Source of the DNA: Frankiaceae bacterium
GTDB lineage: Bacteria > Actinomycetota > Actinomycetes > Mycobacteriales > SCTD01
NCBI GenBank assembly: GCA_016650445.1
Contig: JAENVS010000042.1
Location: 14,327 to 78,326 of the forward strand
DNA: 64,000 bases
Reading direction: 5' to 3'
Part shown: in pieces, positions 60,956-64,000 of the stretch
Position numbering within the stretch: position 1 is the first letter of the stretch
Layout: the number at the start of each line of letters is the position of its first letter
The notes under the pieces: model-generated
Told to the model about the DNA's origin: nothing
What the model saw: the letters and a program-made list of their open reading frames with translations, nothing else
The model's database searches: none
Translations under genes and position numbers: made by a program

Positions 60956-61011
60956 GGCGCTCCCTCCAGGAGATGTCGAGCGATCCGGACGTCATGAAGT
61001 GCTGCCAACGC

Positions 61012-61033
61012 GGGCCGTGGCGGACCACGGCCC
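61012..61033 (-). terminator. Candidate stem-loop terminator downstream of dinB
   Basis: gggccgtgg-cgga-ccacggccc forms a perfect 9-bp GC stem with a 4-nt loop, about 70 nt after the dinB stop. There is no clear U-tract. Confidence 0.35.
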
Positions 61034-61099
61034 ACTGGTCAGGATACGAGCGCATCGCCGCTACGTCACCACGAGAAGCAGACCGGCCCTCGCCAGCGC

Positions 61100-62383
61100 T
61101 CATCGATCGCGCTTGCCGCGGCTCGACGGCGGCCGGGCTGACGGTGCCGGCGGGGCCTCCCCGCCGGGCTCCACAAGCGCCGCCGGGCGGACCGCACCGG
61201 TGCCGAACCGACGGGATGCCTTGTCGACGGCCTGCTCGGCCTCGCGCCAACCGCTCGCCTTCTCCCCCAGTTGGAGCTGGTGTGGCGCGCCGGCCGCGTC
61301 GGCGATGCCTTCGACCCGGACACCGACCAGCCGCAGGCGGGCCCGTTCCAGACCGAGCGCCTCGTAGAGCGCGACCGCGGTCTCGTAGACGGTGCGGCCG
61401 ACGTCGGTCGCCTCCGGCAGCGTGCGCGACCGGGTGATCGTCGTGAAGTCGGCGAACCGGATCTTGATGCTGACCGTGCGCCCCACCTGCCCGGACGCGC
61501 GCAGCCGGGCGGCCGTGCGCTCGGACAGGCGCAGCAGCTCGCGGGTCACCACGACCGGGTCGTCGACGTCGACGGGGAAGGTCTCCTCCGCGCCGATGCT
61601 CTTGTCGGGCTCGTGCGGCACGACCACCCGCTCGTCCCGGCCCCACGCGAGCGCGGACAGGTGGCTGCCGGCGGCCGAGCCGAGCGCCCGCCGCAACGTG
61701 CTGACCGGGGTGTTGGCGATGTCGCCGACGGTGTGCAGACCGAGGCGCCGCAGCACCTCCTCGGTCTTCTCGCCCACGCCCCACAGCGCACCGACCGGCA
61801 GCGGGTGCAGGAACGCCACGACCTGCTCGGCCGGGACGACGAGCAGGCCGTCGGGCTTGCACCGGGCGCTGGCGAGCTTGGCGACGAACTTCGTCGTCGC
61901 AACCCCGACCGAGCAGGTGATGCCCTGCTCGTCCTCGACCGTCGCCCGGATCCACTCGCCGATCTGCCGCGGCGACCCGAGCCGGCGGGCCGCGCCGCGC
62001 ACGTCGAGGAAGGCCTCGTCGAGCGAGATCGGCTCAACCAGCGGCGTGACGGAGCGGAAGACCTCCATGACGTTCGCCGACGCCTCGGCGTACACACCGG
62101 GTGTAGGTGAGATGACCACTGCCTCGGGGCACAGCCGGCGGGCCCGCATCATCGGCATCGCGCTGTGCACGCCGTACGCGCGTGCTTCGTACGTCGCGGA
62201 CAGCACCACTCCGCGGTTGCCGCTGCCGCCGACGATCATCGGCTTGCCGCGCAGCTCGGGCCGGGCGAGCAGCTCGACCGAGGCGTAGAAGGCGTCCATG
62301 TCGACGTGCAGGACGGTGCAGCCGGTGTCGTCCCCGGGCGGACCGGCCGAGGGACCGACCGGACGCAGCTGGCTCCGGCTCAT
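61100..62383 (-). CDS. dinB: DNA polymerase IV (Y-family)
   Basis: 427 aa. VLHVDMDAFYASVE, SLDEAFLDV and the little-finger region are present. Confidence 0.93.
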   Translation of the reverse strand: MSRSQLRPVGPSAGPPGDDTGCTVLHVDMDAFYASVELLARPELRGKPMIVGGSGNRGVVLSATYEARAYGVHSAMPMMRARRLCPEAVVISPTPGVYAEASANVMEVFRSVTPLVEPISLDEAFLDVRGAARRLGSPRQIGEWIRATVEDEQGITCSVGVATTKFVAKLASARCKPDGLLVVPAEQVVAFLHPLPVGALWGVGEKTEEVLRRLGLHTVGDIANTPVSTLRRALGSAAGSHLSALAWGRDERVVVPHEPDKSIGAEETFPVDVDDPVVVTRELLRLSERTAARLRASGQVGRTVSIKIRFADFTTITRSRTLPEATDVGRTVYETAVALYEALGLERARLRLVGVRVEGIADAAGAPHQLQLGEKASGWREAEQAVDKASRRFGTGAVRPAALVEPGGEAPPAPSARPPSSRGKRDR

Positions 62384-62386
62384 GGA

Positions 62387-63211
62387 CTACCGGCGTACGG
62401 CGAGGACGTGCAGCGACGTGGCGATGTCACGGAACGGCGGCCGGTCGGCGAGGGACCGCTCGAGCGCGAGCAGCGCAGCCGGTGCGCCCGGCTCGAGGTC
62501 GAGCGCCGCGCTCGGGATGAGGTCGGCCACGACACGGACGCCGTGCAGCTGCTCGACGACGAGCCCGGCGCCGGTGACGAGCTCGGCCAGCTGGTCCGGT
62601 GTCCAGCGGCGTCGCACGCCGTCGGCCTCGCCCCACCGACCGGCCGGGTCGGTGAGGGCGTGCGCCGCTTCGTCAGGGCGACCGGCGAGGGCGCGGGCGA
62701 GGACGACGGCGTTGCGGTTGCCGACGAGCAGGCTGAGCCGGCCGCCCTGCCGCAGCACTCCGGCCACGGCCCGCAGCGCGGCGGCCGGGTCGTCGACGAC
62801 GTGCAGAACGCTGTGGCACAGCACGAGGTCGGCGCTGGCGGCGTCGACCAGCTGCGGCAGGTCGTCGAGGTCACCCTGCAGGCCACGTACGCGTTCACCG
62901 AGCCCGCGTTCGTCGGCCCGCCGCGAGAGCGCAGCCAGCGAGTCGGGGCTCGGGTCGACGACGGTGACGCTGCAGCCGGCCTCGGCGAGGGGCACCGCGA
63001 ACCCGCCGGTGCCGCCACCGGCGTCAACGACCTGCAGCGGAGCCGAGCCACGCCCGGGTGCGGCCTGCGCCTCCGCGATCGCGGCAGTGAGGACCTCCCA
63101 GACCACCGCGGTCCGCGCGTTGGCGCCGGGACCGCCTGGTGCCAGAACCACCGCGCACCTCCCGACCGCCTCGATCGGCGCGACGCGGGCGTGCGACGGG
63201 CCACCGGCCAC
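62387..63211 (-). CDS. Class I SAM-dependent methyltransferase
   Basis: 274 aa. SAM-binding motif VVDAGGGTGGFAVPLAEAG. The stop lies 3 nt before the dinB start. GTG start; the start is uncertain. Confidence 0.8.
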   Translation of the reverse strand: MAGGPSHARVAPIEAVGRCAVVLAPGGPGANARTAVVWEVLTAAIAEAQAAPGRGSAPLQVVDAGGGTGGFAVPLAEAGCSVTVVDPSPDSLAALSRRADERGLGERVRGLQGDLDDLPQLVDAASADLVLCHSVLHVVDDPAAALRAVAGVLRQGGRLSLLVGNRNAVVLARALAGRPDEAAHALTDPAGRWGEADGVRRRWTPDQLAELVTGAGLVVEQLHGVRVVADLIPSAALDLEPGAPAALLALERSLADRPPFRDIATSLHVLAVRR

Positions 63212-63242
63212 GCTATCGGGCGAAGCGAGCGGGTCGGCCGGG

Positions 63243-64000
63243 TCAGTCGTTGGTGGCGGCTCCGTCGAGGGGACGGATCGTGACGTGCACCGCGCCGCTG
63301 TTGTCGTCGCGGTTGTCGTCGCGCAGCGCGAACCGCAGCGGCCCGTCGAAGCGCGGCTGCACGACGGTCGTGTAGGTGTGGGTCGCGGTGTCGCAGCCCG
63401 TGCCGTCGTCGACCATCGGCGACCACGACGTCGACCGGCCCTGGATCAGCAGGTCGAGCCCGCCGCTGCCTCCGGACCGCTCCCACTGCGTGTTGCGGTG
63501 CCACTTCTGGTCGCGCGGCCAGCGGCTGCACTCGGCGTCGGCCTGCATCGGGTTGTCGCCGTAGGAGTAGGTGCCGGTGACGGTCAGCAGGTAGTGGCGG
63601 CCGCCCTGCAGCAGGAACGGGGTCTTCACGCCGTTGTCGGCGGCCTGCACGTCGACCCCACCCTCGCCGACGGCCAGCACCGGCAGGTTGTCGGGGTTGT
63701 CGATCGGACGTGGGCTCGCCGTCGACGTACCGCCTTCGTGGCGGCCGTCCCAGGACGAGCTGTGGTCGTGGTTGTCGGGGTCGGAGACCGGGAACAGGTC
63801 GCGGGCCGGCGGCTCGATCGGGGTGGCCGGCTTCGCGGGGACCGCCGGCGAACCCGGCGCCCGCAGCACCGGCGAGACCGCACCGGTCCAGTACGACGTC
63901 TTCTTCAGCGCGCCGGCCCAGGACAGGCTGATGTGCATGTGACTGGTGTGCGGGTCGGCACCGGTGTAGGGGCGCCAGCCGGCGCCGGCGTTGTACGAGC
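63243..64000 (-). CDS. Secreted protein, 5' end outside the window; possible zinc peptidase HxH motif plus C-terminal beta-rich domain
   Basis: The frame stays open upstream of the listed ATG to the window edge (..YNAGAGWRPYTGADPHTSHMHISLSW..). A Pro-rich linker is followed by a domain of about 140 aa. The functional assignment is weak. Confidence 0.5.
   Translation of the reverse strand, partial: SYNAGAGWRPYTGADPHTSHMHISLSWAGALKKTSYWTGAVSPVLRAPGSPAVPAKPATPIEPPARDLFPVSDPDNHDHSSSWDGRHEGGTSTASPRPIDNPDNLPVLAVGEGGVDVQAADNGVKTPFLLQGGRHYLLTVTGTYSYGDNPMQADAECSRWPRDQKWHRNTQWERSGGSGGLDLLIQGRSTSWSPMVDDGTGCDTATHTYTTVVQPRFDGPLRFALRDDNRDDNSGAVHVTIRPLDGAATND

Overview
Very GC-rich chromosomal segment with an actinobacterial backbone; gene order resembles Streptomyces-type genomes. 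About 60 genes are called, most on the minus strand. No tRNA, rRNA, CRISPR array, transposase or integrase was seen.

Backbone, left to right:
- A fragmented histidine operon: hisI, hisF, priA(hisA), hisH, hisB, hisC, hisD.
- dnaE.
- rluD, lspA and a histone-like/DksA zinc-finger fusion.
- ileS, preceded by a clear T-box leader.
- The complete division and cell-wall cluster: divIVA, yggT, sepF, ylmE, pgeF, ftsZ, ftsQ, murC, murG, ftsW, murD, mraY, murF, murE, ftsI, ftsL, rsmH, mraZ.
- A MoxR / DUF58 / transglutaminase triad.
- dinB.

Accessory insertions in this backbone:
- Two ABC exporter genes plus an MFS gene between hisF and hisI.
- An island between hisF and priA holding an LPXTG/DUF11 surface protein, a mazF module and a small secreted protein.
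- A membrane HD-GYP phosphodiesterase upstream of hisD.
- A DUF6308-like gene tightly following dnaE.
- Two genes between ileS and divIVA.
- A vapBC module.

Observations most worth follow-up:
1. A candidate c-di-GMP-I (GEMM-I) riboswitch in the leader of the small secreted-protein gene.
2. A decayed GGDEF-domain relic inside an unusually long ftsQ-ftsZ spacer.
3. An unlisted 48-codon membrane-peptide ORF ending one base before rsmH, in a highly structured mraZ-rsmH spacer.
4. Three 10-bp-phased MraZ-type boxes over a candidate mraZ promoter.
5. A membrane-anchored zinc-ribbon protein with a lysine-rich tail next to divIVA.

All functional calls rest on motif recognition by eye. No database search was run.
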